NCBI GenBank assembly: GCA_022843095.1
Contig: JALHOH010000001.1
Span: forward strand, 120,001-152,000
Reading direction: 5' to 3'
DNA: 32,000 nucleotides
Source of the DNA: Candidatus Saccharimonadota bacterium
GTDB lineage: Bacteria; Patescibacteriota; Patescibacteriia; 2-12-FULL-60-25
Shown: piece by piece, positions 6,331 through 14,557 of the stretch
Position numbering within the stretch: position 1 is the first letter of the stretch
How the letters are laid out: each line of letters begins with the position of its first letter
Program-made: the position numbers and the translations under genes
Notes under the pieces: model-generated
The model's input: only the letters and a program-made list of their open reading frames with translations
Told to the model about the DNA's origin: nothing
Databases searched by the model: none

Positions 6331-8313
6331 ATGGAAGCTATGAATCGCACACCCGGTCGCGGGCCGTTTCGGCCACGGGCTGGGTTTCATCGTGGATCGC
6401 ACCCGGCAGGAACAACGCCGACGCCGATCGCACAAGACAAAGACATGTCGCTGAAGCAGGGGTTTGCCAAAGAAGAACGTGGCACCTCCGACAGCCATGA
6501 AGTGAAGCGGCATGGTGGCGTCAACCACCGTGGACGCAAGCGCGGACAACCATTCCGTGCGGCGGACGAGTTTAAGCCACGCATGCACACGTTCAAAAAC
6601 AAGCCGGTCCACAAGACAGGCACGGACGTGGATCTTTTGGCGCCGGGAGCGGATCGGTTGCGTGTGATGGTCGTCGGCGGCAACGAAGAAGTCGGCCGCA
6701 ACATGACGATCATGGAATACGGCAACGACATCATCATCATCGACATGGGACTCCAGTTCCCGGATGAAGACATGCCGGGCGTCGACTACATCATCCCCAA
6801 CATTTCCTACCTGAAGGGCAAGGAAAAAAACATTCGTGGCGTCATCATTACGCACGCCCACTACGACCACATCGGTGGTATTCCACACATCATGCCGCGC
6901 ATCGGCAATCCGCCCATCTTTGGATCGGATTTGACCTGCGGGATTATCCAAAAACGTCAGGAAGATTTTCGTGATTGTCCGCCACTCAACCTGTACGCCG
7001 TCAAATACGATGACGTGCTGCAGCTTGGGGCGTTTAAAGTGGAATTCTTTGGGGTTGCGCACTCCGTTCCGACGTCCATGGGTGTCATTGTGAACACGCC
7101 GTGCGGGATCGTGGTGCACACCGGTGACTTCAAGCTGGAATCTGCGCCAGGAGCCCAATCCATTCAAGAAACGGAGAAACTCATGAAGCTTGGCGAACGC
7201 AACGTCCTGGCACTCATGATCGACTCGACGAACGCCTCCAAACCCGGCCGTCAGCTGACCGAAGGCGACATTCAACGCAACATCAATGAGATCATCCGGA
7301 ACGCCAAGGGCAAGGTGATTATCGCCACGTTCGCGTCCATGATCGCACGTGTCCAGCAGATCATTCGCGCCTGCGAAGAAGAGGGGCGCAAGGTGGCAAT
7401 CGAAGGGTTCTCGATGAAGTCGAACATCCTGATCGCACAGCAACTTGGATACATGGAGATCCAAAAAGGGACGATCATCGACACGAAGGATGTTCACAAG
7501 TATCCACGCGAAAAAGTGGCGATCGTGTGCACCGGCGCACAGGCCCAAGAACGCGCCGCGCTCATGCGCCTCGCGAACCACGAACATCCGTTCCTGTCCA
7601 TCGAACCGGGTGACACGATCGTCTTTTCCTCTTCGGTCATCCCAGGGAACGAACGCTCGGTCCAGCGGCTCAAGGACACGTTGTACCGCGAAGGGGCGGA
7701 CGTCGTGCACTATCAGATGATGGACGTTCACGCCGGTGGTCACGCGCAACAGGAAGACCTGATCGACACGCACAAGATGGTCAAACCGAAGTATCTGATC
7801 CCGATTGAAGGATCGTACTCATTCCTGTGCGAACACCGAAAAGCGGCTCTACGTGGAGGGTTCGAGGATAAGCGCATCATGATCGCCGACAACGGCCAGA
7901 TCATGGAATTCGACCGTGCCGGAAACGGACAGCTGACCAACAAAAAGATCCCAACGGATTACGTGTTCGTTGATGGGCTGGGGGTTGGAAACACGAACCA
8001 AATCGTGCTTCGCGATCGCCAACAGCTTGCCGGCGACGGCGTGGTGATCGTGGTTGCGGTCGTGGATGGCAAGACGGGAAAGCTCCAGGCGCTGCCGGAC
8101 ATTATCTCCCGTGGGTTCATCTACATGAAAGAACACCAAGAACTCATCCATCTTGCCCGCCAAAAAGCGGCCACCATCCTGCGGGACGACGATCCAAAGT
8201 CCGCCGCGCAAGGCCAGTATCTTCGCGATAAACTCCGCGATGACCTGGGCGAATTCCTGTTCGTGAAAACGGAACAGCGCCCCATGATCATCCCGGTCAT
8301 CATCGAAGTGTAA
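6331..8313 (+). CDS. rnj: Ribonuclease J (metallo-beta-lactamase / beta-CASP family) with a basic N-terminal extension of about 115 aa.
   Basis: Motifs seen are LRVMVVGGNEEVGRNMTIMEY, IIIDMG, and ITHAHYDHIGGIPHI (HxHxDH), plus beta-CASP and C-terminal domains. The track ORF begins at 6085, but that region overlaps the promoter and looks non-coding. The first ATG is at 6331 (MEAMNRTPGRGPF), and no SD is visible. Confidence 0.9.
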   Translation: MEAMNRTPGRGPFRPRAGFHRGSHPAGTTPTPIAQDKDMSLKQGFAKEERGTSDSHEVKRHGGVNHRGRKRGQPFRAADEFKPRMHTFKNKPVHKTGTDVDLLAPGADRLRVMVVGGNEEVGRNMTIMEYGNDIIIIDMGLQFPDEDMPGVDYIIPNISYLKGKEKNIRGVIITHAHYDHIGGIPHIMPRIGNPPIFGSDLTCGIIQKRQEDFRDCPPLNLYAVKYDDVLQLGAFKVEFFGVAHSVPTSMGVIVNTPCGIVVHTGDFKLESAPGAQSIQETEKLMKLGERNVLALMIDSTNASKPGRQLTEGDIQRNINEIIRNAKGKVIIATFASMIARVQQIIRACEEEGRKVAIEGFSMKSNILIAQQLGYMEIQKGTIIDTKDVHKYPREKVAIVCTGAQAQERAALMRLANHEHPFLSIEPGDTIVFSSSVIPGNERSVQRLKDTLYREGADVVHYQMMDVHAGGHAQQEDLIDTHKMVKPKYLIPIEGSYSFLCEHRKAALRGGFEDKRIMIADNGQIMEFDRAGNGQLTNKKIPTDYVFVDGLGVGNTNQIVLRDRQQLAGDGVVIVVAVVDGKTGKLQALPDIISRGFIYMKEHQELIHLARQKAATILRDDDPKSAAQGQYLRDKLRDDLGEFLFVKTEQRPMIIPVIIEV

Positions 8314-8315
8314 AC

Positions 8316-8339
8316 AAATCCGCCCTTAGGGGCGGATTT
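8316..8339. terminator. Bidirectional intrinsic terminator between convergent rnj and the Fur-family gene.
   Basis: A 10-bp stem AAATCCGCCC / GGGCGGATTT with a TTAG loop. The loop overlaps the stop codon of the minus-strand gene. An A-run and a T-run flank it. Confidence 0.8.
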
Positions 8340-8793
8340 TGGTGAGCGATGCCTGACACGCTGCGCAGATCCCATAGAGCTCAATCACGTGATCTTGGAT
8401 CTCGGCAAAACGCGCCTTTTTGGAAACCTCCTCGAGCACCCGAGGTGGGACGCACAACTCCACATCCTCCATCCGTCCGCACACCGTACAGGTCACGTGA
8501 TGATGATGCGTATGCGTGTCGTCCACGCATTCATACAACGCATGCCCTTCGCGTCCCTCGATCCGGCGCGCGAGACCTTGTGCCGCAAATACCTCCAGAT
8601 TGCGATACAGCGTGACCACATCCGCATCGCCACCCACGCTCGCATGCAACGCCGCCGCCGACAACGGACGCGCAGCGGCATGAAGCGCTCGAAGTAGCGC
8701 GATGCGTGGCGACGTCGCTTTTAACCCCGCTTCTCGCAGAAGCTGCTCCGCATCAAACGGATGCCTCCGCGATCGTGCCGACGGTGGTTTCAT
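8326..8793 (-). CDS. Fur-family metalloregulator. Whether it is Fur, Zur or PerR is not resolvable.
   Basis: The 155-aa product has a winged-helix region (TSPRIALLRALHAAARPLSAAALH...VTLYRNLEVFAAQGLARRI). The metal-site block is HTHHHHVTCTVCG, with a second CxxC (YGICAAC). Confidence 0.85.
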   Translation of the reverse strand: MKPPSARSRRHPFDAEQLLREAGLKATSPRIALLRALHAAARPLSAAALHASVGGDADVVTLYRNLEVFAAQGLARRIEGREGHALYECVDDTHTHHHHVTCTVCGRMEDVELCVPPRVLEEVSKKARFAEIQDHVIELYGICAACQASLTKIRP

Positions 8794-8821
8794 GTCTGCA
8801 TGCTATGCCTCTCCACGCGAC

Positions 8822-8850
8822 TTGACAAATGCAAGTTATTTGCGTTTACT
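8822..8850 (+). promoter_or_regulatory. Promoter candidate for the CooC-like gene, with an imperfect palindrome embedded in its spacer that could be a Fur-family operator.
   Basis: TTGACA (8822-8827), a 17-nt spacer, then TTTACT (8845-8850). ATG 8859 follows 8 nt later with no SD. The spacer carries AAATGCAAGT | TATTTGCGTTT, whose half-sites match 8/11 as an inverted repeat. Confidence 0.5.
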
Positions 8851-8858
8851 AGCACCGT

Positions 8859-9821
8859 ATGCGGATCGCATTCGTCGGAAAAGGAGGAAGCGGCAAAACA
8901 ACGCTTGCCGCCCGCTTTGCGCGTTGGTGCGGAGATCAAGGGATGCCAACGGTCGCTATGGACGCGGATATCAACCAGCATCTCCTGCACGCCGCAGGAA
9001 TTCCGGAGACCCGTCAACGTCAAACCATCCCTCTGGCCGATCATGCCCACGCGATCAAAACCTTCCTACGCGGCACAAACCCCCGCATCGCCGCTGTGGA
9101 TGACATGATCAAAACAACCCCCCCTGGAACCGGATCCCAACTACTGACCTTTCAGACACAGAACCCACTTTGGGACGCGGCGATTCTGGAAAACGGGGTG
9201 CACTGGGCGCTGGCCGGCGATCTGCATCCGGACGATGTCGGCGTAAAATGCTATCACGCAGTAAACGGCATCGTGGAATTACTTCTGGGACATTTCCACG
9301 ATACTCGGAACGAAGCCGTGATTGTCGACATGACCGCCGGTGCTGATGCCTTTGCTAGCGGACTATTTGGCCGCTTCGACGTCACGGCCGTGGTCGTCGA
9401 ACCAACAGAGGCGTCGCTTTCGGTGCTCCGCCAATATGTCGCGTATGCACACGACTATCCCGTGACCCTAGTCGCCATTGGAAACAAGGTTTCCGACGCA
9501 GATGACCTCACCTTTCTCCAAGCACAGACGACGGCGCAGGGCATCCCCCTGTTGACCCATGTTCCGTTTGCGCGATCCATCAAAAGCGCCTCGCAAGGAC
9601 ACGTGCTTCCCAAAGAATCCTGGGAACCGGAACTGTGTCAGGCGCTCGAAACGATGCGTCAGCACCTCTTGACAATTCCGCGAAATCCGGTGACACTGTA
9701 TTCCCTCGCCTGCGAACTACATCGAAAAAATGCGGCGCGGTGGGCCAATGCAAGTACCGGAACCACACTGGAATCTCAAATTGATCCGCACTTTGACCCT
9801 GTCGCTGCATTCGGCGCATAA
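8859..9821 (+). CDS. P-loop NTPase of the SIMIBI class (CooC/MinD/ParA-like, deviant Walker A), possibly a metallocentre-maturation or metallochaperone ATPase.
   Basis: The 320-aa ORF begins MRIAFVGKGGSGKTTLAARFA (the deviant Walker A KGGxGKT). It also has VIVDMTAG (Walker B-like). It is divergently arranged with the Fur-family gene. Confidence 0.75.
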   Translation: MRIAFVGKGGSGKTTLAARFARWCGDQGMPTVAMDADINQHLLHAAGIPETRQRQTIPLADHAHAIKTFLRGTNPRIAAVDDMIKTTPPGTGSQLLTFQTQNPLWDAAILENGVHWALAGDLHPDDVGVKCYHAVNGIVELLLGHFHDTRNEAVIVDMTAGADAFASGLFGRFDVTAVVVEPTEASLSVLRQYVAYAHDYPVTLVAIGNKVSDADDLTFLQAQTTAQGIPLLTHVPFARSIKSASQGHVLPKESWEPELCQALETMRQHLLTIPRNPVTLYSLACELHRKNAARWANASTGTTLESQIDPHFDPVAAFGA

Positions 9822-9910
9822 CCGGCCTCCGTCTTTCGTTCACACCGAACGAGGGATCAGGCCGTTTAGGCGCACGCACGCGACCGCGGCACACCTGAAG
9901 GAGGTGTTGA

Positions 9911-10603
9911 ATGTCCCTGCTCTTTTCTGACGATGAAGTGAAACGTATCACGAACGGCGCACCGGTGGATGACGAGCTGTTGCTCGACGTGTTGCATCGG
10001 TCGCTGCCGAAGGCGATGGAGATCGTGAAGGCAGCGACCGCGCACGGGACGGCCGAGACTCCGGCGGACACGACCACGGAGGGCCAGATCCTCCGCGCCA
10101 TGGCGTCGACCCCGATCCGCTGCGAGATCGAGCGCATCTACGGCGGCGTTCGGTTCGTCCTGACGCCGAAGCTTCGCCTCTTCGCGCTCCGCAACGGGAG
10201 TGCGCGGGACGCGGAGCCGGCGATTCGGGACGTGATTGGGAGCTATGCCCGCAATGCGGACGGGACCGGGATCACCTTCGACCAGATCCGGATGGAGCTC
10301 CAGGACGGGATGACCATACTGCGGGGAATCACGCTCGAGAGTCAGCACCTCGCCGATGGCGAGATCGCGACGCACGCGCCGGAGAAGATGGAGGACGCGC
10401 CGCGTCTCCAGCTCCTGCGGCTTATGGCGGTCGATCACTATCGCCGCCTGACCGAGCAGAACCTCGGACGCGCCTTCGCGTTTCTGAACTGCCACGCGAC
10501 GAGCGGCGGCAAGCCGACCCCGAAGGTGCGCGAGGCGCTCACCAAGTGGGCGTCGCTCTCGAACCAAGTGCTGAACCAGTCCCCGGTTCGCCGCGACTGC
10601 TGA
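9911..10603 (+). CDS. Hypothetical protein, GC-rich member of a tandem paralog pair (230 aa).
   Basis: The SD GAAGGAGGTG sits 4 nt before the ATG. It has the same length as the downstream ORF and shares blocks with it (MAST, L-x-ALR, I-x-DVI, LL-x-L-x-AVD-x-HRRL-x-E, KP...AL-x-x-WAS). It is followed by its own terminator. Confidence 0.7.
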   Translation: MSLLFSDDEVKRITNGAPVDDELLLDVLHRSLPKAMEIVKAATAHGTAETPADTTTEGQILRAMASTPIRCEIERIYGGVRFVLTPKLRLFALRNGSARDAEPAIRDVIGSYARNADGTGITFDQIRMELQDGMTILRGITLESQHLADGEIATHAPEKMEDAPRLQLLRLMAVDHYRRLTEQNLGRAFAFLNCHATSGGKPTPKVREALTKWASLSNQVLNQSPVRRDC

Positions 10604-10610
10604 AGCGCAT

Positions 10611-10640
10611 CCCCTCTCCCACCTGGGTGAGGGGTTTTTT
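10611..10640 (+). terminator. Intrinsic terminator of the first paralog.
   Basis: CCCCTC-T-CCC ... GGG-T-GAGGGG forms 9 bp with a 1x1 mismatch, followed by TTTTTT. Confidence 0.7.
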
Positions 10641-10742
10641 ATTCCGGAGAGACACCAATTGACGTGTCGTACAATCTGCGTCATGATGAACTCCCTTCGT
10701 CATCGCTTCTGATACGAGGGAACACAGCACAAGGAGTCTGGA

Positions 10743-11435
10743 ATGAGTGGAGACGGACCTTCGTTTGATGATGACACGCCGACCGTGGTGATGCGACGGG
10801 TTCCCGCGAACCCAAATGGTGCACTCTTACTAATCAACGATGCCTTTCCGCTGGCAGCGCTCCTCATTGCAAAAGCCGTGGGAGAAGGATCGGCCACGAT
10901 TCCGGAGGAACGAGAGGCACGTATCCAACTGCACCGCATCATGGCGTCTACCGTGGCGCGCTCCTCGCTCGAGGAGGCGGTGGACGCACGTCTCGTCTGC
11001 GCCCCGAACGCGCTTCACGCCCTTCGTCGAACAGCATCAATCACGGATGCGATCGTGAACGACGTGATCGCACATTCCCATGTAGACACGAAGGGAGAGC
11101 GCTACTCGTTCGAACGACTGAAGAAGGAATATGCGAATGCGGTCGCCGCCCTGCAGGACATCGCCGACCGATGCCAGTCAAAGATGGATCCGGTCATCGC
11201 GACAGAAACCCCGTTCACCTCACCGCTTATTCCAGAACTTCTGGAACTCCTCGCGGTAGATGGGCATCGACGACTCCTGGAACGCACCTTCCGATGTACG
11301 TTCACATCGGTGGATGGACTCGCGATTGGCGTCTCAAAACCCGAGAACCAACGCGCGCTCATTTCCTGGGCGAGCAACCGGCAACCTCCGATCACCTTCC
11401 AAATCCCGGAAGCAATTCGGCCCGGACGTTCGTAA
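10743..11435 (+). CDS. Hypothetical protein, lower-GC member of the tandem paralog pair (230 aa).
   Basis: The SD AAGGAG sits 7 nt before the ATG. It is collinear with ORF 9911..10603 at roughly 25-30% identity by eye. Confidence 0.7.
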   Translation: MSGDGPSFDDDTPTVVMRRVPANPNGALLLINDAFPLAALLIAKAVGEGSATIPEEREARIQLHRIMASTVARSSLEEAVDARLVCAPNALHALRRTASITDAIVNDVIAHSHVDTKGERYSFERLKKEYANAVAALQDIADRCQSKMDPVIATETPFTSPLIPELLELLAVDGHRRLLERTFRCTFTSVDGLAIGVSKPENQRALISWASNRQPPITFQIPEAIRPGRS

Positions 11436-11439
11436 GCAC

Positions 11440-11470
11440 CTCCTCCCTCACTTGGGCGGGGGCTTTTTTT
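11440..11470 (+). terminator. Probable intrinsic terminator of the second paralog.
   Basis: CTCCTCCC / GGGCGGGG forms an imperfect stem (one mismatch, one G:U) followed by C-TTTTTTT. Its sequence is related to the terminator at 10611-10640. Confidence 0.5.
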
Positions 11471-11497
11471 GCCCTGAATCCGTTCGCTCGATACACT
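11469..11497 (+). promoter_or_regulatory. Promoter candidate for trpS, giving a near-leaderless transcript.
   Basis: TTGCCC (11469-11474), a 17-nt spacer, then TACACT (11492-11497). ATG 11508 follows 10 nt later with no SD. Confidence 0.45.
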
Positions 11498-11507
11498 GCG
11501 TCTATCT

Positions 11508-12503
11508 ATGAAGCCCCTGTTGTTTTCTGGCGTAAAACCCACCTCCACTCCGCATCTTGGCAACTACATCGGTGCGCTTGCTCAATGGACAAAATTACAA
11601 CACGACTATCCGTGTCTTTTTTCCATCGTCGATCTACATGCGATCACGGTCCCACAAGATCCCGTGGAACTCCGAGAGCACACCCTCGCCATTGCCGCGA
11701 CGTATCTTGCCATCGGCATCGATCCCGCGCGTGCGACGTTGTTTGTGCAAAGCGAAGTCCCGGAACACGCCGAATTAAGCTGGTTACTTGGCACAATCAC
11801 CAAGCTCGGCGAACTGGAACGCATGACGCAATTCAAGGATAAGTCCCAAAAAGAAGGGGCGGAACGCGCCGGACTTGGGCTCTTTGCGTATCCCGTGCTC
11901 ATGGCCGCGGATATTTTGCTGTACCGTTCGACCGTCGTGCCGGTCGGAGACGATCAGATGCAACACCTGGAACTCACGCGATTGATCGCGCGCCGGTTTA
12001 ATGAACGGTTTGGCGATCTATTTCCAATTCCACAGGCCTTGGTCCAAAAGGTCGGTGCGCGGGTGATGAGCCTACAGCATCCGGATCGTAAGATGAGCAA
12101 ATCCGACGCAACAGACGGCGGGACCATCTGGCTCACAGATTCCGCAGACGTCATTCGAAAAAAAATCATGCGCGCGGTCACCGACACCGAAGGTGGGATC
12201 ACGTACGATGCGGAACGTAAACCCGCCGTCGCGAACCTCATGGAGATGTACCATCACATGACGGGGATGCATCTGGATGCCATCGAACGGGAATTTTCTG
12301 GCAAAGGGTATGGCGATTTCAAGAAAGCGCTTGCCGAGGCGGTCGTGGCGCATCTTGCCCCCATTTCCCAAAAACTTGCTGTGTATCAAAACGATCGCGG
12401 CGAACTGCAGCGTATCTTGGACGCCGGCCGCGATCATGCCCGCGCCCTCGCCGCTGATACGATCAGTCGCGTTCGTTCGCTCATGGGGATCGGCCGCGCC
12501 TAA
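11508..12503 (+). CDS. trpS: Tryptophan--tRNA ligase.
   Basis: The 331-aa ORF carries the class I HIGH-type motif (TSTPHLGNYIGA), KMSKS, and typical TrpRS blocks (AADILLY, VPVGDDQMQHLELTR). Confidence 0.93.
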   Translation: MKPLLFSGVKPTSTPHLGNYIGALAQWTKLQHDYPCLFSIVDLHAITVPQDPVELREHTLAIAATYLAIGIDPARATLFVQSEVPEHAELSWLLGTITKLGELERMTQFKDKSQKEGAERAGLGLFAYPVLMAADILLYRSTVVPVGDDQMQHLELTRLIARRFNERFGDLFPIPQALVQKVGARVMSLQHPDRKMSKSDATDGGTIWLTDSADVIRKKIMRAVTDTEGGITYDAERKPAVANLMEMYHHMTGMHLDAIEREFSGKGYGDFKKALAEAVVAHLAPISQKLAVYQNDRGELQRILDAGRDHARALAADTISRVRSLMGIGRA

Positions 12504-12530
12504 AAAAACGCCCTCTTGGAGGGCGTTTTT
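12504..12530. terminator. Bidirectional intrinsic terminator between convergent trpS and the cyclase gene.
   Basis: AAAAAAACGCCCTC-TTG-GAGGGCGTTTTTTT, a GC stem flanked by an A-run and a T-run. Confidence 0.8.
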
Positions 12531-14516
12531 TTATTTCTTCGTCATGACCCACGTGCCATCCCAATCTTGTAACGGCGGACAGGTGCGATAGGTTTCACAC
12601 CGTGCCTGAAGATTCTTGGTCGCCACATCTTCGGGATACGTCGCCAATAGCTGTGCACACCGTGCCTCTGCCTGCTCGAACTGCTGGGCAAAATACGCGT
12701 TCAGCGCTTCTTCGTACGCTTTGATCAAGCCAAGCTCCGCATCAGACACGGAACCAACTACACCAAAGACCTGATAAATCTGGATCGGCTCCTTTTTGCC
12801 TTTCACGGCAACCTTGTCCAGTTTTCGCACCACGAATCCGTCTCCCATCGCCTGCTTGGTGGCTTCGGTTACGATAATTTCGCTCCCATATTCCTTACAC
12901 AACCCTTCCGTGCGGGAGGCCAAATTCACACTGTCCCCGATCACGGTGTAATCAAAACGCAATTCCCCTCCGATATTCCCGACCACCATGTCACCCGTAT
13001 TCAATCCAACACCGACTTTCAAGGTAATCCCCGGAGGAAATGCCCCGGTTTTATTCATCTCCGCCAACTTGAGACGCATCTTTACTGCGGCACGCACGGC
13101 TCGTACGCCGTGATCCGGCTGATCAAACGGCGCATTCCAAAACGCCATCACCGCATCGCCAATGTATTTATCCAACACCCCGCCTTCTTCAAACACAATG
13201 TTCGTCATCTCGTGAAGATAGCGGTTCAACACCTCCACCAATTTTTCCGGGGTCAACCCTTCCGACAAGGTGGTGAATCCACGCAAATCCGAGAAGAGCA
13301 CCGTCATATGCCGGCGTTCCCCTCCTAATTTGAGCTTTGCCGGATTCTTGAGCAACGCGTCCACGACGTTCGACGACACATAGCGACTAAACGCATTCTT
13401 AATTTCACGACGACGTTGGTCCGCCTCCACCCACCGCTCGATAATAAGCGCGAGATAGCCGATCGCGATGACCAATGTGGGCCAGACGATATCGATCAAG
13501 ATTCCACGATCGAACGCGATGAATGCCCCAACGATCCATCCGACAAACAACGCAACGGCAAGCACGAGACTCCATCGCGCTTTCATGAACGGAACAAGAA
13601 GCCCAAGCAGAAGACCCGTGAGGATGAGAAGCGCGACGTACAACGCAGGAGAGAGCGGGACCAGCCAATGTTGGCCTGCGATGGTATCAAACGCACTCGC
13701 GTGAATCTCCACACCGGGCATAGGTTCGCCAACCGAGGTTGGGACGCTGTAGGCGTCGTGCAAATCGCGTGCCGTTGCCCCCACAAACACGATTGCATCC
13801 CGCAACAAAGCGGCATCCGCCTTCCCTTGCAGGACGTCTGCGGCCGAAACGGTTCGAAACGCCACACGTGGGGCGTTTGGCACGTGGATACGCATCATCC
13901 CTCGATCATCCGTCGGGAACGGAGGCAACCCCTGCTCTCCAAAGGCAAGCGCAGCAACCTCGACGCTAAAGGCGCGCACCGTGGAACGATCTTCGCCCTG
14001 TGTCATCGGAGGAAACCGGCGGACGATCTGATCCGGGTCAAGCGGCGTATTCGTATGACCGGTCGCTTTTGCCGCTGCACTGATGGATGGAATGCTGCGG
14101 ACAATCCCCTCGGTCGCAAACGTCGCGATCCCGGATTTGGATGCACGAAGCGGCAATTCAATCGGAAGCACCACGTTTCCTGCTTCACGCATCGCTCTCG
14201 CAAACGCATCATCCGAGGCCGCATCGGAAGGCTCCGGGAAATTCACGTCATACGCAATGACCTTTGCGCCGGCCACATCCAATGCACGAACGAGATCCGC
14301 GTGCACCGTGCGCGGCCAGGGCCATCGACCAATCCGACCAAGCGAGGCGTCATCGATGGCAACAACCGTGATCCGAGGATCTGCCGTACGATCCAAGAAA
14401 AACCGATCCGTATTCCGCTCGGACCAAACAGAAAACACCCCCATTGCCTGCAGGAGCACAGCAATAAGGGCGATTCCTCCACCAATTCCAACGGGCAACA
14501 AAGCCTTGAGGCGCAT
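12531..14516 (-). CDS. CHASE2 sensor-domain class III adenylate/guanylate cyclase.
   Basis: The 661-aa product has an N-terminal TM segment, a periplasmic CHASE2-like region (VVAIDDASLGRIGRWPWPRTVHADLV), a TM bundle, and then a cyclase domain (MTVLFSDLRGFTTLSE, GDAVMAFWNAP, VGLNTGDMVVGNIGG, DYTVIGDSVNLASRTE). A C-terminal helical tail ends in DWDGTW. Confidence 0.88.
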   Translation of the reverse strand: MRLKALLPVGIGGGIALIAVLLQAMGVFSVWSERNTDRFFLDRTADPRITVVAIDDASLGRIGRWPWPRTVHADLVRALDVAGAKVIAYDVNFPEPSDAASDDAFARAMREAGNVVLPIELPLRASKSGIATFATEGIVRSIPSISAAAKATGHTNTPLDPDQIVRRFPPMTQGEDRSTVRAFSVEVAALAFGEQGLPPFPTDDRGMMRIHVPNAPRVAFRTVSAADVLQGKADAALLRDAIVFVGATARDLHDAYSVPTSVGEPMPGVEIHASAFDTIAGQHWLVPLSPALYVALLILTGLLLGLLVPFMKARWSLVLAVALFVGWIVGAFIAFDRGILIDIVWPTLVIAIGYLALIIERWVEADQRRREIKNAFSRYVSSNVVDALLKNPAKLKLGGERRHMTVLFSDLRGFTTLSEGLTPEKLVEVLNRYLHEMTNIVFEEGGVLDKYIGDAVMAFWNAPFDQPDHGVRAVRAAVKMRLKLAEMNKTGAFPPGITLKVGVGLNTGDMVVGNIGGELRFDYTVIGDSVNLASRTEGLCKEYGSEIIVTEATKQAMGDGFVVRKLDKVAVKGKKEPIQIYQVFGVVGSVSDAELGLIKAYEEALNAYFAQQFEQAEARCAQLLATYPEDVATKNLQARCETYRTCPPLQDWDGTWVMTKK

Positions 14517-14557
14517 ATGGGAAGAGCGTAGGCGATCCTCCCACTTCCCGCAACCAG

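Noticed and set aside
4590-6350. A 586-aa minus-strand ORF, the second-longest minus-strand ORF in the left half of the window.
   Set aside because: It is antisense to the HD-domain ORF. It also runs across a terminator, a promoter and the rnj start. Its translation is Arg/Val/Gly-rich and low-complexity (RVRVRIRRQCALHPVCVRGRLRVEIVGVRRHRV). This is typical of a shadow frame in a GC-rich gene.
6325-7773. A 482-aa minus-strand ORF inside rnj.
   Set aside because: It is antisense to an ORF with unambiguous RNase J motifs. Its composition is skewed toward D, V, R and H with no motifs.
8827-8847. A link between the Fur-promoter palindrome and the TTTGCAAG-N18-CTTGCAAA repeat at 30418-30451, since both contain TGCAAG.
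   Set aside because: The half-site spacing differs completely (4 nt versus 18 nt). TGCAAG/TTGCA hexamers also occur repeatedly inside coding regions, so the resemblance is likely chance.
9866-10684. A 272-aa minus-strand ORF overlapping paralog 1.
   Set aside because: It spans the terminator and SD of the plus-strand gene and is Arg-rich. The plus-strand ORF has a paralog, an SD and a terminator supporting it.
13416-14531. A 371-aa plus-strand ORF inside the cyclase gene.
   Set aside because: It is antisense to the CHASE2/cyclase ORF. It is extremely Arg-rich and low-complexity.
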